Assembly: GCA_965153285.1 (NCBI GenBank)
Contig: OZ229113.1
DNA: 64,000 nucleotides
Strand: one strand, 5' to 3'
From: Podarcis tiliguerta
Lineage: Eukaryota
The notes below the pieces were generated by a model that was not told the origin of the DNA, did not search any database, and saw only the letters and a list, made by a program, of their open reading frames with translations. The position numbers were made by a program, and so were the translations under genes. Shown here in pieces: positions 1-12,190 of the stretch (position 1 is the stretch's first letter; each line of letters starts with the position of its first letter).

Positions 1-635
1 AGTGACACTTGGTGCACCAGTCCTCCGTGATCCCACCTGTCCCTGCTTCCAACACACTGGCATAGCCCTCAGGGTAACTGTTCATTGCAATGTCAGGCAC
101 AGCTGCTGTGTAAAGCCCCTTGGAGCTCTCCAGGTCATTCCTGTTTGAGATGTTGTTATTGTTGACGTTGCCACCTTGGCAAAGAGCTTTGTCACTGCTC
201 GTTTGGCAGGGAAGGTAGCCAGGGTCTCTCTTGGCTTGAGACAGGGCCACCAGCATGAGGATTAAGCCGCAGGTGAGAAGGATCACCTGGCTGGTGCTCA
301 CGTGGCCCCGGGGTACCACCTCTTGGAGGAACACGTAGTACATGTAGCCTAAGGAGAACAGCCCTAGACTCAAGAAAAAAAGAGTCTGGCCCTTCTTCCT
401 GTGTGTGAGGTAGTAATACCACAGCACCAGTACAGGAAGTGATATCAGGATGACAAGAGCCAAGAGGAGGTGCAAAGCTGCTATGTGAAGGAAGACAGGC
501 AACAGGATGATTGGCGGGAGGAGGCTGATATCGACCTTTACAGCCCCCCTAAGCCACGGGAGGCGAAAGCGGTCTGTGACGGTGTCTGCAATTCTCTCTA
601 GAGTTCCCGGGGGCAAAGATCTGCAAGTCAGCCAC
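1..635 (-). CDS. ZDHHC23: ZDHHC23 palmitoyltransferase, coding exon 2 (runs off the left edge of the window)
   Basis: Acceptor aacAG at 637-636, phase 2 matching exon 1. Open frame (R)WLTCRSLPPGTLERIADTVTDRFRLPWLRGAVKVDISLLPPIILLPVFLHIAALH...WYYYLTHRKKGQTLFFLSLGLFSLGYMYYVFLQEVVPRG...EDWCTKCH matches remembered vertebrate ZDHHC23 TM region and the start of the DHHC Cys-rich domain. Confidence 0.95.
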
Positions 636-2299
636 CTGTTAGGGAAAAGCACAGAGGTCTGCTCATGTAAGACTGAAGAGACCAAGAAATACATTTGTGT
701 TGGCTTTTGTCACTCTCTCAGTCACTTTGTGTCAGTTCTAACCAAGGTACAGCTGTTTAGAGCTGCTTCAGACAATTGTCAGCTCCTTGTGGATGAGCAC
801 ATGTTTATATTCCCCTTATACATGTGATTGTTTTATTATGCATACAGACAAGTGTAAAAAGGATGTGTGAAATGGCCCCAATCCTTCAGTTTCTACCCAG
901 AAATTTGAACAGTATTATGTGGGGCCACATCTCATCATATCGTCTTAATGCTCACCTGAAAATGATGAGTGTATCACATTGACAGTAAATCCAGTTCTGT
1001 GAACCAGCCCTCAACTTTCTCAAGTTGTGTTCTTGACTGGTCTGTCAGTTTACCTGGCAAAGAATCTCTCTGTAGAATAGGAGTGGGAATCACCATGGCC
1101 CTTCAGACGTTGTGGGGATGCAAACTCCCATCAGCCCCAAGCAGCATGGCCTATCACCAAGGATGATGGGAGTTGTAGTCCAATGTCTGCAGCCTCCCCA
1201 TCCCTGATATAGAAAGACAAGGATTCACGAGCTCGTGAGTTCACCCACCACTTTCAAAACACTGAATAGGGAAGATGGAATACATTTACGGCTCAGAGAA
1301 GTGTGTTGGGTTTTGTTTAGTTAAAACAAGATCCTTGTGGGAGAAAATGGCTGGAACCCCTCCACATAACTTCCATAAGCTCCAGACAGAAGTGGTCAGG
1401 GAATAACAGTCCAAGACCATCTGGAGAATCACAGCTTCCCCCATGCCTGCCTAAGTCCACTTCAAGCAAGAAATCATGTTTGTTTGTCTTGCAGGAAGCT
1501 GCCCAAATTATGCAAGTACAGCTGGTCAACTTCCAACTGGGTAACCTTGACCAAGTATAACATAGGGAACACTTGCAAAGCTTTGCTTCACGGCATATGT
1601 GTCCTTGAAGGGAAGCCACACCAGAAAAAAAATAACATTAAGAAGCAACCCTTACTCTCCAACATTATCATAGCAGGGGGTTGGTTTTTCCCCCTTCCTT
1701 CTTTTGGAAACTACTGCCCAGTGTTGACATTTGCCAATTTCAAAAACTTTTCCAAATTCCCACAATTACACCATTTTTTCCTAGAAGGACTTTAGGAGTT
1801 GCATGTAATGCACTCAACAGGTAAGGTTTTCCATCTCTACAGAAAAGAAACAATTCTTCAGAATTTGTGCCTCATGAGGCTGTTAAAGGCATAGTAGCTC
1901 TGGTATTTTTTTTAAAAATACCTCAAGCAACAGAGGTGGCCATCAGACAGAAATCCAGTGATTACCAAAATCACCACATGTGGAGCAGATGAAATACTCT
2001 TAATAGGGACAGAGCTCTGAAACCGCACTCTGAATGCAGGCCCTTTTATGCCTGAACTTTGAAGACAGGAGGAGGGACCAGCTAAAGGCCACCCCAATGG
2101 CCACAACTGAAAGATCTCACTCAAGCCCGAGCAGGGCAGCCACCAACACGCTAACTACTAGCACATTGGCAAAGCTAAGCAGAGTCCGACGTGGTTTCAA
2201 ATTGGACGGGGGAAAGGGCACGTGTTGGGAGATTTCTGCACTGCTAGATGACCCTCGGGAGTCCCTTCCAACTTTACAATTCTATGAGAAGTGCCAGCT

Positions 2300-3300
2300 G
2301 GGTGAAAGTTTCAGGCGTACCTTTCACAGCCCTCGTCGAGGTCCTCGCACTCGCAGAAACACGCCGCCAGGTGGCTCCTCTGGCCCTTCCGATCCAGGTA
2401 CTCGCAGCAGCAGAGGGTCTCCTCCGCCTCGGGGCCTCTAACTTTCTTCCTCCCACGTTTCATGGTGGCAGCGGCAGCAGCAGCAGCAATGGCCCCTCCC
2501 GCCCTCGCAAAGACCGGAGGGCAGGGAAAAAAGAGGCGCGGGGAACCTCTCTCGCAGCATGCAAAGGGCAGGGAACTCCAGGGGAAGTTCTCATTAAAGC
2601 CAGTAACCCAAACAGGACTTTTGCAAACAAGCTGCGAAGGCAAAGGGGCAAGGCGACAGCAAAGAGCCTTTTGCAAACCCAAGGGACAGGAGGAAACGAA
2701 AGGGGAGAGGCGCGCAGCGATTTCCCTCCTGACTCCACCTGACACCTGTAACCAAGCGCCAGGCGGCAGCGAGGTTCTTCCCTTCCTGCAACTTGCTTCG
2801 CCTCCACCCGGGTACCTAGGTCTCCTCCGCCCGTTTGCAACCGATGCGCATCCAGTGACTTCTCCTCGCGTTCTAACTTCCCGGCTATCAAGGTGCAAAA
2901 AAGGAATTCTTGTTGGGCGGGGGGGGGGGGAGCAGCTCCCAAACCCAACGTGCTCCTCCTTGGCCAACGAGGATTGGTTGGAATCTCTTCAGGCTCCGCC
3001 TCCCTTTTCTCTCCCGCCTGCCCCCGCCTTGCATCCAGGGCGCGCCCTGCCGTTCTCCCCTAAGCGACCTCGCCGCGCGACCTGAAGTTTTCTCAGCTTC
3101 CGGCTTCCTTGGCACGCCGGCCTCTTCCTATCCTCCCGTGACGTCACGGAGCCCTGCCCAATGCCCGCGGGGGGAGCGGAGAAAAAGCACTTGTGAGCTC
3201 CAGAAGTTCCGTCGCTGTAAAGAAAAAAGCCGCGCCTTCGAAGTTTGGATGGGGCTTCGGGAAGCAGCTCAGGAAAGGCGGAGGAAAGGACGGGAAAGAA
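2300..3300 (-). promoter_or_regulatory. CpG island / promoter of ZDHHC23
   Basis: Sharp rise in GC and CpG against a CpG-poor background. Contains a full CRE TGACGTCA (3139-3146), an ETS-type CTTCCGG (3097-3103), CCAAT on minus (ATTGG 2973-2977) and GC boxes. Confidence 0.8.
2321..2463 (-). CDS. ZDHHC23: ZDHHC23 first coding exon
   Basis: GCCACCATG Kozak start at 2463; MKRGRKKVRGPEAEETLCCCEYLDRKGQRSHLAACFCECEDLDEGCE(R) resembles human LCCCEYIDRNGEKNHVATCLCDCQDLDEGCDR; donor AG|GTACGC at 2320; 143 nt, phase 2. Confidence 0.95.
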
Positions 3301-3469
3301 ACTGCAACACAAATTTGAGGCAGCATTCAGATCCTAAGAAACAGTGTACTCAAAACGGCAGTTCCAGGTTTTCTGCATCCCAGTTGCCAGCCTAGCCCTA
3401 ATAAAGGTGACCTGACCACTCCATAGGAAGAACCTAAGGAAATAGCCATAAACTCATAAGGTTCTCTGG

Positions 3470-3565
3470 GTTTTCAAGCAGGAGTTTCTACCAGCCCTAT
3501 CTGGAGATGGGGGGAACTGAACTTGGGACACAATGCATGCAAAGCAGTTCCTCCACCACTGAGTT
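3470..3565 (-). mobile_element. Decayed tRNA-derived SINE head
   Basis: Reverse complement reads ctcagtggtggaggaactgctttgcatgc...caagttcagttccccccatctccag; same family as 5253-5355. Confidence 0.5.
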
Positions 3566-4389
3566 GCTGCTGCCTTTCAGTTGTAAGAGCACTTCTGACA
3601 CTGCAGGTCTGAAAATGTGAGGCAAACTGACAGCATGGTAAAGCTCTGCTGGATGAAATACAATTGCCTCTGGTCTGTTTTGGGGGTATCCTGCAACATA
3701 GTTAAGTTTTTACTCTGCTAACTATACACTGGAATCTACTCTAAATCACTACTGAGTAGAATTTCATGACACGTGCTCCATCCCAGTATGAAGTGATCCT
3801 TTGACAATGCAAGATCCTGAAGCATCCCAACCTTGTGACAAGAGTCATAGAAATAGAGGAACCGGGCACCCGACAATCAGCTTTGGGAAACACCAAATTA
3901 GGCACCTATACCTCCAGAAGCAAATCGAATCATCGAGTCCAATGCTTGGCTTGGGTATGCTGCAGGTTTTGGGTACCAGAGTCTTGTGGTGCAAGTTGCC
4001 CATAATTCCTGAAACTTGTAGAAGTTAGAATTAATGAAGGTTTGACAAAACTGTGCCAAACACTGCTGGGTTACGTTTAGGATAACAAGCTGTGCCACTT
4101 CACAAAGGCTGAAGTGGCCAGTCGTTTAATCTATCAATGCAAGTCCTTAACAAAACAGGCAACACGACCAGGCACAGAAGGGGAGGTTGTCAGTGGGCAA
4201 TGATCTAAGTGGAACGCAACTACTTTATAATATGAACATGGGGCATCCAGAAAGTGTAAAACAATTATTTTGATATTATACTACAGTATACTGCATTGTT
4301 TAAATGTTATTGTCCTTGCATCTTACTGAAACACTTGCCAACCTCTCCTGCCACACCAGTGCACTCCTCCCTTTGAGAACTACTGGATT

Positions 4390-4647
4390 AAGAAGAACAG
4401 AAGAAGAGGAGTTTGGATTTGATATCCCGCTTTATCACTACCCAAAGGAGTCTCAAAGTGGCTAACAGTCTCCTTTTCCCTTCCTTCAACACAACAAACA
4501 CTCTGTGAGGTGAGTGGGGCTGAGATACTTCAGAGAAGTGTGACTAGCCCAAGGTCACCCAGCAGCTGCATGTGGAGGAGCAGGGAATTGAACCCAGTAC
4601 ACCAGATTACGAGTCCACCGCTCTTAACCACTACACCACACTGGCTC
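4390..4647 (-). mobile_element. Squam3-like tRNA/CORE SINE, full length
   Basis: Minus strand begins gagccagtgtggtgtagtggttaagagcggtggactcgtaatctgg (A/B boxes), has CORE-like gctgggtgaccttgggctagtcac and a (CTT)n tail; near-identical copies at 10499, 27990, 46177. Confidence 0.85.
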
Positions 4648-5252
4648 TTAATTAATATCAATAATATCTTAATTAATATCTTAATTAATACCAATAGGTA
4701 TATGATATAGCAAATGAAATTTCAAGGCCAGCTTTAGAAGCTGAGCTGATTACGGACTCAATTGACACTATTACACGTTTTGACGTTTAAATATTTGAAA
4801 AACTAATTTACAAAAAAAGGAGGGGTCAAAATGGCCTCTCAAAAGTGGCTAGCCCCCTCCCCCACCATGTAGCACGACCCCCATCCTTGCTGAACCCCTA
4901 TAGTCACTTAAAAGAAAAAACACTTTTCACATACTCAAGAATGCATCTCATTTATTATATACATCAGCAGTTCCACTGGTCTCACTTCATATCTGTTGGT
5001 TGGCATACATGGGTTGGGAAAAAGAACTTCCGTCAAAATCATACTAGGACTTATTTCAGAGAAACTGTGTTCAGGATCCGAGTGTTAATATGAAATACAT
5101 TAGTTCTCTTTCAGAAATATGTGAGGCAAAACTCACCCACACAAAAATAAGCTTTACTCCTTCCGTGCTCCCCCTTTTTCCTGGTGCTGACAGCGGAATT
5201 TGCACAATTTTAACAGCCACCTTTGTAATGTGCCATTTAATTTCAAGCAGAA

Positions 5253-5355
5253 GAGCCATAGCTTAGTGATAGAGCATCTGCTTTCCCATTCAGAAGGCCC
5301 AATGTTCAATCCTTGGCATCTCCAGGTTAGTCTGAGAAAGTCCTTTGTCTGAAGC
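5253..5355 (+). mobile_element. Decayed tRNA-derived SINE head
   Basis: gagccatagcttagtgatagagcat (A box) ... gttcaatcc (B box) followed by non-tRNA body. Confidence 0.55.
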
Positions 5356-5384
5356 CTTGGAAATAAATGCTGTGACAAGCAGTG

Positions 5385-5604
5385 CATTTGCCACATTTAT
5401 ATTCTACCTTTCCTCCAAAGAGCTGGAGGTGGCATTCATTCTCTTCCTCAGAACAATCCTCAGAACAACCCTGCGAGGTAGGTTATGCAGAAACACTGTG
5501 ACTGGTCCAAGGTCACCCAGCGAGTTTCATGGCCTAACAGCAATTTGAACCCTGGTCTCCCAGATCCTACTCCAACACTAACCACTACATCGCACTGGCT
5601 CTCT
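5385..5604 (-). mobile_element. Older MIR/Squam3-like CORE SINE
   Basis: gtgactggtccaaggtcacccag CORE motif and accactacatcgcactggctc head, diverged from the young copies. Confidence 0.65.
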
Positions 5605-6196
5605 CACTGTAGGATAGATGTTGTAAACTAGCTATTTTTTAATTTCCATGTTAGGAAATGTCTCCCCCTCCCACTTTTTTATTTAAAAAAGAGATCCGGC
5701 AAGAATTGTCCATTTGTAGTTATGACTTGCTCCTTTTGCATTTTCCTTTTGTCAGAGGGCTAACAGCTCTGGATTTGCAAAATAAAAAAATACTAATTGC
5801 AAACTATTTTCCCTAAGCAGGTAATTGAGCTGCCATTTGTCCGGATGGTGTATGTGTCAGTACAGTACCAGTACTGGACCGTATGAACACAAGTGTTGCC
5901 AGTGCTGATCGGTATGCATCACAGATACTTCCAAGCCAGTAATAACCTACGGTAAATAACTGGAATAGATTAGCACTGAGCAACTTCTCATATTGCAAAG
6001 CAGAAGCAAAAGGGGAAATGCAAGTGACTCATGCTTCCTCCCTTCACCTGTTTGTAATACAAGACAGCCCTGGATGAAATATAGAACCTTGTCACCTGGC
6101 GCTACACAGCAGGGCTTGATTTTAGAAATTCAGGATTAGTGCTCTCAATGAAGTTCTCTAGGACAGATGGAAGCTTCATTTATAGGACTGTTTCAA

Positions 6197-6424
6197 GTAA
6201 GAAGAAAGAAGATTCCACCTAAACATTAGGAAGAACTTCCTGACAGTAAGAGCTGTTTGACTGTGGAATTTGCTGCCAAGGAGTGTGGTGGAGTCTCCTT
6301 CTTTGGAGGTCTTTAAGCAGAGGCTTGACAACCATATGTCAGGAGTGCTCTGATGGTGTTTCCTGCTTGGCAGGGGGTTGGACTCGATGGTCCTTGTGGT
6401 CTCTTCCAATTCTATGATTCTAAG
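6197..6424 (+). mobile_element. CR1 LINE 3' end
   Basis: RT C-terminus (RRFHLNIRKNFLTVRAV..W..LP..VVESPSLEVFKQRLD) followed by gggggttggactcgatg and the CR1 ttctatgattcta tail. Confidence 0.85.
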
Positions 6425-7207
6425 AACCAGGTTTCCTAAAACATCGCAATATATTCTCTGTACAGTTATACTGGTATTCCATGTGAAGCACTTACTTTTC
6501 TTTTACCTTTGTACTTTCCATTCCTCACCCCCTACCCCAATTCTTTTTGCTTGCCTTTAACAGCTCATTTGATTTCATTCCAGTTTGTCAACTGCCCTGG
6601 TTTTCAATTTAGCTTGGTCTCTACCCCAAAACATTAAAAGGTGGTTGGCCTGAGAGTCATTTAATAGCGCTTTTTCTTGTATTTTATTCAGTGAGTTTTT
6701 GTTTGATTTTTAGATATGCAGTGAAATCCTGTTTTTACTCAGAAGTTGAGTGCCACTGAATTCAGTGCTTGCTAGTAACCATGTTTAGAATCGTAGCCAT
6801 AATAGCTATGCAGGTCCAATGACAGATGGCTGTTGTGCATCACATCTCCAAGCTCCCACCTTCAGGAAGTTACATAAAATCAAGAAGCTATTACAGGCAA
6901 GAAGGCTTCGTTTAGAAAATCGAAGTTTTCCAAATGAGGAGAAGGAAAAGCAACACAAACTTTGGTGAAAGAAATTCTACCAATCAATCGGAGATGCTAA
7001 AGAAGAATTTGAGCACATTGATAAAAACATTTTTAAAAAAACCCAACAACAAAATCCTTAAATGTATCGGTATCCTGTTCTGCCATCTGAGGTAAAACGG
7101 GACGTGCCGGCCCACTCTTCCATGCTTCCCACCATGCCGGCATCACCACTGCACCACCCACCACTCTTCTCTTAACAGAGAAGCCATGCTGGAATCAATG
7201 CCAATTT

Positions 7208-7222
7208 AATAATAATAATAAT

Positions 7223-7285
<63 letters not shown>

Positions 7286-7341
7286 AATAATAAATAATAA
7301 TGTTATTATTTATACCCCGCCCATCTGGCTGGGTTTCCCCA
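7208..7341 (-). mobile_element. L2-type LINE 3' terminus with expanded (AAT)/(AAC) tail
   Basis: tataccccgcccatctggctgggtttccccagcc is the reverse complement of the 3' end of the element at 16509-16905; the tail has become a compound (AAT)n(AAC)n microsatellite. Confidence 0.8.
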
Positions 7342-7544
7342 GCCCCTCTGGGCGGCTTCCAGCAGAATATCTATGGCAAGATCTCTTGTGCTCCATGAGA
7401 TCTCATGAAATTTCAGCAAAATCTCACTGGCAATCAGCACTACTTCTCTGCAGAGTGGGTGAGGCACCCATGAGGGCATTGCTTCAGGGGCTTCTACCAC
7501 CTGAGGCAGCTGATTCACCCTGCTTCATAGGTGAGCCAGCCCTG

Positions 7545-7895
7545 TTCAGGACAGATAAAAAGAAAAAGTAGTTCCTTATACAGTGCATAGTTAAACTATG
7601 GAATTTGCTCCCAACAAGAGGCAGCAAGGGCCACCAACTTGGATGGCTTGAAAAATAGACATATTCATGGAGGGTAAGGTTATCAAGACCTACTAGCCAC
7701 AATGGCTATACTCTGCTTCTACTGTGAGAGGCAGTATGTCTCTGAATACTAGTTGCTGGAAATCACAAGGGGGCAGTGTGCTGTTGCACTCAGGTCCTGC
7801 TTTTCAGCTTCCCCTGGGCATCTGTTTGGCCACTGTGAGAACAGGATGCTGGAAGAGATGAGTCACTGGCCTCATTCTGCAGCCTCTTCTTATGT
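7545..7895 (+). mobile_element. Old CR1-type LINE 3' fragment
   Basis: ttcaggacagataaaaagaaa..gttaaactatggaatttgctccca..aacttggatggcttgaaa (FRTDKRK..VKLWNLLP..LDG) decayed RT C-terminus and 3' UTR. Confidence 0.6.
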
Positions 7896-7915
7896 ACAGC
7901 AAACCTTCTGGCAAC

Positions 7916-7940
7916 TTTAATGGATCCTCTCATATTTATT
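7916..7940 (-). other. Candidate GRAMD1C polyadenylation signals
   Basis: AATAAA on minus at 7940-7935 and ATTAAA at 7921-7916, ~1.45 kb downstream of the stop at the end of a repeat-poor stretch; a second AATAAA lies at 8413-8408. Confidence 0.4.
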
Positions 7941-9375
7941 CACAGAAAGGTTAACATAATTCTCCGGGTATTATATACAGAACCTTCAACTTCATTTTCT
8001 TACCATATAAAATTATCAGTGTGGTGTTCCTTTCAAGTACAAAAAACACACAAGACATCAGAAGTAAAGAGACATCACAGAAACGGCCTTCATTTATCTC
8101 TAATCTGACTAGTAATTTATAACTTCAATGCCTATGCTTTTAAAAAGACACACATACTACAAAAACAGGTAGTTTGACACAAATTGCTTCCACACATTTC
8201 TGTCTGCACTGTACATAAACAGTAGTTCCTTCTTGGTTTTTTTTTAAGCCTGGGTAGGTCCATCTGCTAAAGCTGGTTTCCTATACGAACAAAGTATAAA
8301 GGCACTTTTGATGAATGTCAAGTGGAAACCCCAAAATAGAAGTCACAAACATGGTCAGTTCCATTTACTAGACATACATATCCAGCACAGCCAGAATGAG
8401 GCACAATTTTATTTGTGCCACACTACCATTCTACTTCATTCTACTCTTCCAGAAGTATACTTTAGAAAGCCTATTGTTCTTCAATGGCTTACAAGCTTGT
8501 TCTTAACTCTAGCAGATAAAGGTGATTCCCATCTTGTGTCACACAGTTAAGGTCTTAGTCTGTGCTACAAAATAGATATAACACAACCAAAAGACAAGTG
8601 GATTCCCAGGCCTGAAGACTGTAGAATGTTAAAATCAGAAAAAGTCTCAATGGACTCAACATGCCAGTCAGATGCATGCACTCTACATGCCAGTCAAATG
8701 CATTGATTGCCGTTTAAAAATATTCAGGGACTGGCCATTTTTTGAATATAATTCTCTGACATATAAGGACAATTCCTGAGAAATCTTGAGAGCTGAAATG
8801 ACAGTGGTAGAAAGAGGTAGAATTGCTTTGACTCGTACAGCAGAAGACCCACACAACCAAAACAATCAGTATGTTCAAAATTCAGATTTATAAATAGTTT
8901 TCCAGAACATATGTACAGACCTTTAAAATTGCTTACTTTTGAATAATTGTTGCATGAATATGGAAAAAGACCATATGGAGAACTTCTGGGTGTTACAAGC
9001 TCCACAAGATAATCTATGCTGCATCCTTCATAATGTTAATGATTTTCTCATCAGATGTGAGTCCAATTTACTTTTACTTTTTACTTTTTTTACAGATCAC
9101 ATTGCTTGCTGAATTCTCCCCCTACAAATTTGCATATCACATAATTACCAGACCACACAATGTTCTTACTCATTCACACCAGGTATTCACAGTTCAGGAA
9201 ACTGCTCACAAGAAGATGTCAAGTGGATCAGAAGAATTCACAGGCTAATGGCTTTAAAAACGAACACATTTTATAGATATATTTCTAAGGTGTGCAGGTG
9301 GTTGTGAGCAGAAATGTGAGAAAAATAAGCAGCTTCACATTCAATACAAAATATCTTCATTGTCCTTTGGTGACA

Positions 9376-9453
9376 TCAGCTTTCAGGCTTCCTGCTGTCG
9401 GTCTTGTTTAGGTGATCAAAGCTACTTTGGAGCATAGAAAGGGAATTCTTCAG
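9376..9453 (-). CDS. GRAMD1C: GRAMD1C last coding exon
   Basis: tgtAG|CTG; LKNSLSMLQSSFDHLNKTDSRKPES* (human LKSSLIMLQKTFDLLNKNKTGMAVES*); TGA at 9378-9376. Confidence 0.93.
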   Translation of the reverse strand: MKNSLSMLQSSFDHLNKTDSRKPES

Positions 9454-10101
9454 CTACAGAAATAAAATACGACAAGAATTAGGCAGTGAATTGTTTCTAA
9501 AAAGAGATCTAATTACTTTTCAGCAGAACTAGCTCCAGGTTTGAGGGGACCCTCACTATGGGCTGCCTTCCCTTGTTGGTGTCCCCATGAGATTATGTGG
9601 TCTATTCTCTTCATACTTATTTCCACCAGACAGGTAGGTATTTGGGTACCGAAAATGAGTGCCAGACGGCTGCCATTGTAATTGCTTACGATGTGACTGA
9701 GTGGTAATGTCAACTTTGGATGATTGTGGGCAACTAAAATGGCAGTGACCCAGTGTTCACTGGGCTCTGGAAAATGGGTGTCAGGGCAGCAGTGTAAATA
9801 GCATCAGCTGCACTTGGTACTTGGGAGGCTGCCCAAAAATGCTGCTTTGTGTTGCCAACCCTGCCCCACACTAATAGTTATGTACTAACAGAGTGCTTAC
9901 TACAGATGAACTGCAACTGTATTTTAAGGGATGGGAACCCAAACAACTAGGCACAAGTCATAAGAGATCTACTTAAATTGAATGCCAGAAATGAACTAGA
10001 GGACAACCCACCTAGAGATGTCCTAGTGGAAACCTGAGAACCCTTAGTTGTATGTAACATGTAACAACAAGCATAATCATTTTTCAAAATTGTCTACTGA
10101 T

Positions 10102-10192
10102 TGGCCATCTGTCATGGATGCTTTAGCTGCGATTCCTGCATTTCAGGGGGTTGGACTAGAGTTGGTCTCTTCTAACTCTAAGATTCTATGAT
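10102..10192 (+). mobile_element. CR1 3' terminal fragment
   Basis: cagggggttggactaga...ctctaagattctatgatt CR1 tail; followed by a short (CAG)7 run. Confidence 0.7.
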
Positions 10193-10497
10193 TGCAGCAG
10201 CAGCAGCAGCAGCAGAATCTACTCTGAAGTACCTATGGGCAACAGAGTGACATGGGTTTTCTCATACTATATCTGCTTTCATACATAAAAGAATTAAGCC
10301 CATTCTCCAATCTACATCTTACCAAATCTGAAATATGTGTATGAGGTTGTTGAGCTTCATTCAGTAGAACTTGCAATTCTTTAAATAATATAGTTTTTAA
10401 AGACATGTTTCCTTTGGAAGTTTTACTGGGATGCAAAGAAAGTTCTTTTTAATAAGGAGTACTGTCTCTTGGTCACCTTTACTATTGTTCCATTTCA

Positions 10498-10498
<1 letters not shown>

Positions 10499-10528
<30 letters not shown>

Positions 10529-10659
10529 AAGAAGAAGAAGAAGAGTTTGGATTTGATATCCCGCCTTTCACTCCCTTTAAGGAGTCTCAAAGCGGCTAAC
10601 ATTCTCCTTTCCCTTCCTCCCCCACAACAAACACTCTGTGGGGTGAGTGGGGCTGAGAG
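10499..10659 (-). mobile_element. 5'-truncated Squam3-like SINE with (AAG)15 tail
   Basis: (AAG)15 at 10499-10543 then gagtttggatttgatatcccgcc...ggggctgagag, matching the 3' half of the other copies. Confidence 0.85.
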
Positions 10660-10965
10660 CACACATGCCACAAACATACATTGTGGCAAATCTTAAACTT
10701 CAAAGCTTCCTTAGTTCTTAAATATTCATAGCAGCCCTGGAATTATCTCAAGCTCTTGAATATTAATATTCTCTTTCTCAAGCAATCTCAATCAGTTTTT
10801 TGTATCCCATTCTCACTAGTTAATACCTGAAAGCCTGAGGCCATAGCATCCAAATACGGAAGTGATTTATTAATTCTTTTATTAGCAAAGCACTAATATT
10901 TTCACACATCCCACGTTTCGTTTTCACATGTACGGGGACCAAATAATAGAAACAGCAACACCCAC

Positions 10966-11071
10966 CTGTTCAAGCAATGCTATGGAGTCCCTCAGCACTC
11001 CTTTGACATGCTGGACTTGATCTTTGTCCTGCTGGTGAGTTTTTTCTCTTGATGCCACATTAAAGGCTAAA
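10966..11071 (-). CDS. GRAMD1C: GRAMD1C coding exon (coiled-coil region)
   Basis: ctcAG|T, (N)LAFNVASREKTHQQDKDQVQHVKGVLRDSIALLEQ|GTGGGT; 106 nt, phase 2 to 0. Confidence 0.95.
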
Positions 11072-11679
11072 CTGAGAAGAGAAAACGCAGGGATAAGTCG
11101 CTGCCTTACAGTCCTTAAAGAATGTAGTCCCATTCTTTACTTTGCTTTCGCCTAATTAACACATTACTACCATGATCTATGTACATGTTTTCCGATCAGA
11201 TCCCAGCCTTGCAAAACACTGCAGGGCTGGCTCAGGGAGGGCAGTGTGAGGAGCGCTCCCCCCAATGCACCCAGGGTAATTACCCCAACAACCCCCACTC
11301 CCACGCTACGCCCCTGCCCTCCTCAGGTGCTCTTGCATGGCTAGACTGTGTCCTTGAACTGAATTGTAATAATGTCTTAATTGCCTGGACAGTGTTTATA
11401 GACACCTCTGAATTTACCTACTGTACAAATGAATGAATTGTATTTGTTGCTTCACCCACTTTTGCCTCTGTTCCCCATAAGAGAATGCAGCCTTTGGACT
11501 GAAAAATATTCCCCATTCCGGTCATAAAACACAGGCTGAGCAGCTTCCCCAAAAGCCACCTAATGCATTGGTGTCTAAAGTGAGATTTGAAGTTGGTGCT
11601 TCTTGGCCCTCTTAGCCTCTGGGTAGACAAACTAAGGCCCGGGAGCCGGAGCTGGCCCAGTTGCCTTCTGGATCTGGCC

Positions 11680-12190
11680 CACAGATGGTCCATGAATCGC
11701 CGCGTGGATCTGATCGTTCAGACTGTGCCAGTGCGTGTGTTTGGCGGCGCCTCCTCCCTCCCTTCTCCTGGCTTCTCCCTGCCCTGCCTAGAGCAGAGAG
11801 CAAGGTGGCTGGGCTTTGTTGGTGCCAGCAGCAGTAGCGTTAGCTCTTGAGCGGCCGCCACTGTAAGCAGGTTCAATTCAGGCTTTGTTGCTGCCAGCCC
11901 CTCTCTGGAGCCCTTTCGCATCATCCCACCGCTGCTAGCCCCTGCTGCTTGAAAGACACAGGTAAGCAGCCACTGGGGCTCTTCCGGTGCTGTGGACAAG
12001 GGAGGGGAGAGTCGTGGGGGGGGGGGGGAATGGCTTACCTGAATAGAATGTGTCCTTTTATTTAAAATGCATCTCTGGGTTATTTGTGGGAATTCGTTCA
12101 TCCCCCCCCAAAAAAAAATATAGTCTGGCCCCGCACAAGGTCTGAGGGACAGCGGACCGGCCCCCTGCTGAAAAAGTTTGCCGACCCCAG
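11680..12190. mobile_element. GC-rich non-autonomous DNA transposon remnant (hAT-like end)
   Basis: Local GC/CpG-rich patch ending cggccccctgctgaaaaagtttgccgacccc, a hAT-type terminus; left boundary uncertain. Confidence 0.45.

Noticed and set aside
2248-3395. Several long overlapping ORFs (160-218 aa) on both strands
   Set aside because: Expected from stop-codon depletion in a CpG island. Only the last ~48 codons of 2311..2967 resemble a known protein (ZDHHC23), and they start at a perfect Kozak ATG.
4560-4647. tRNA-like sequences with A/B boxes (also 5253, 20775, 27018, 28241, 46420, 58521)
   Set aside because: They are SINE heads continuing into repeat bodies and tails, with no complete cloverleaf.
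10469-10696. Poly-K / poly-F / poly-I ORFs (also 16765-17000)
   Set aside because: Translations of (AAG)n and (ATT)n retroposon tails.
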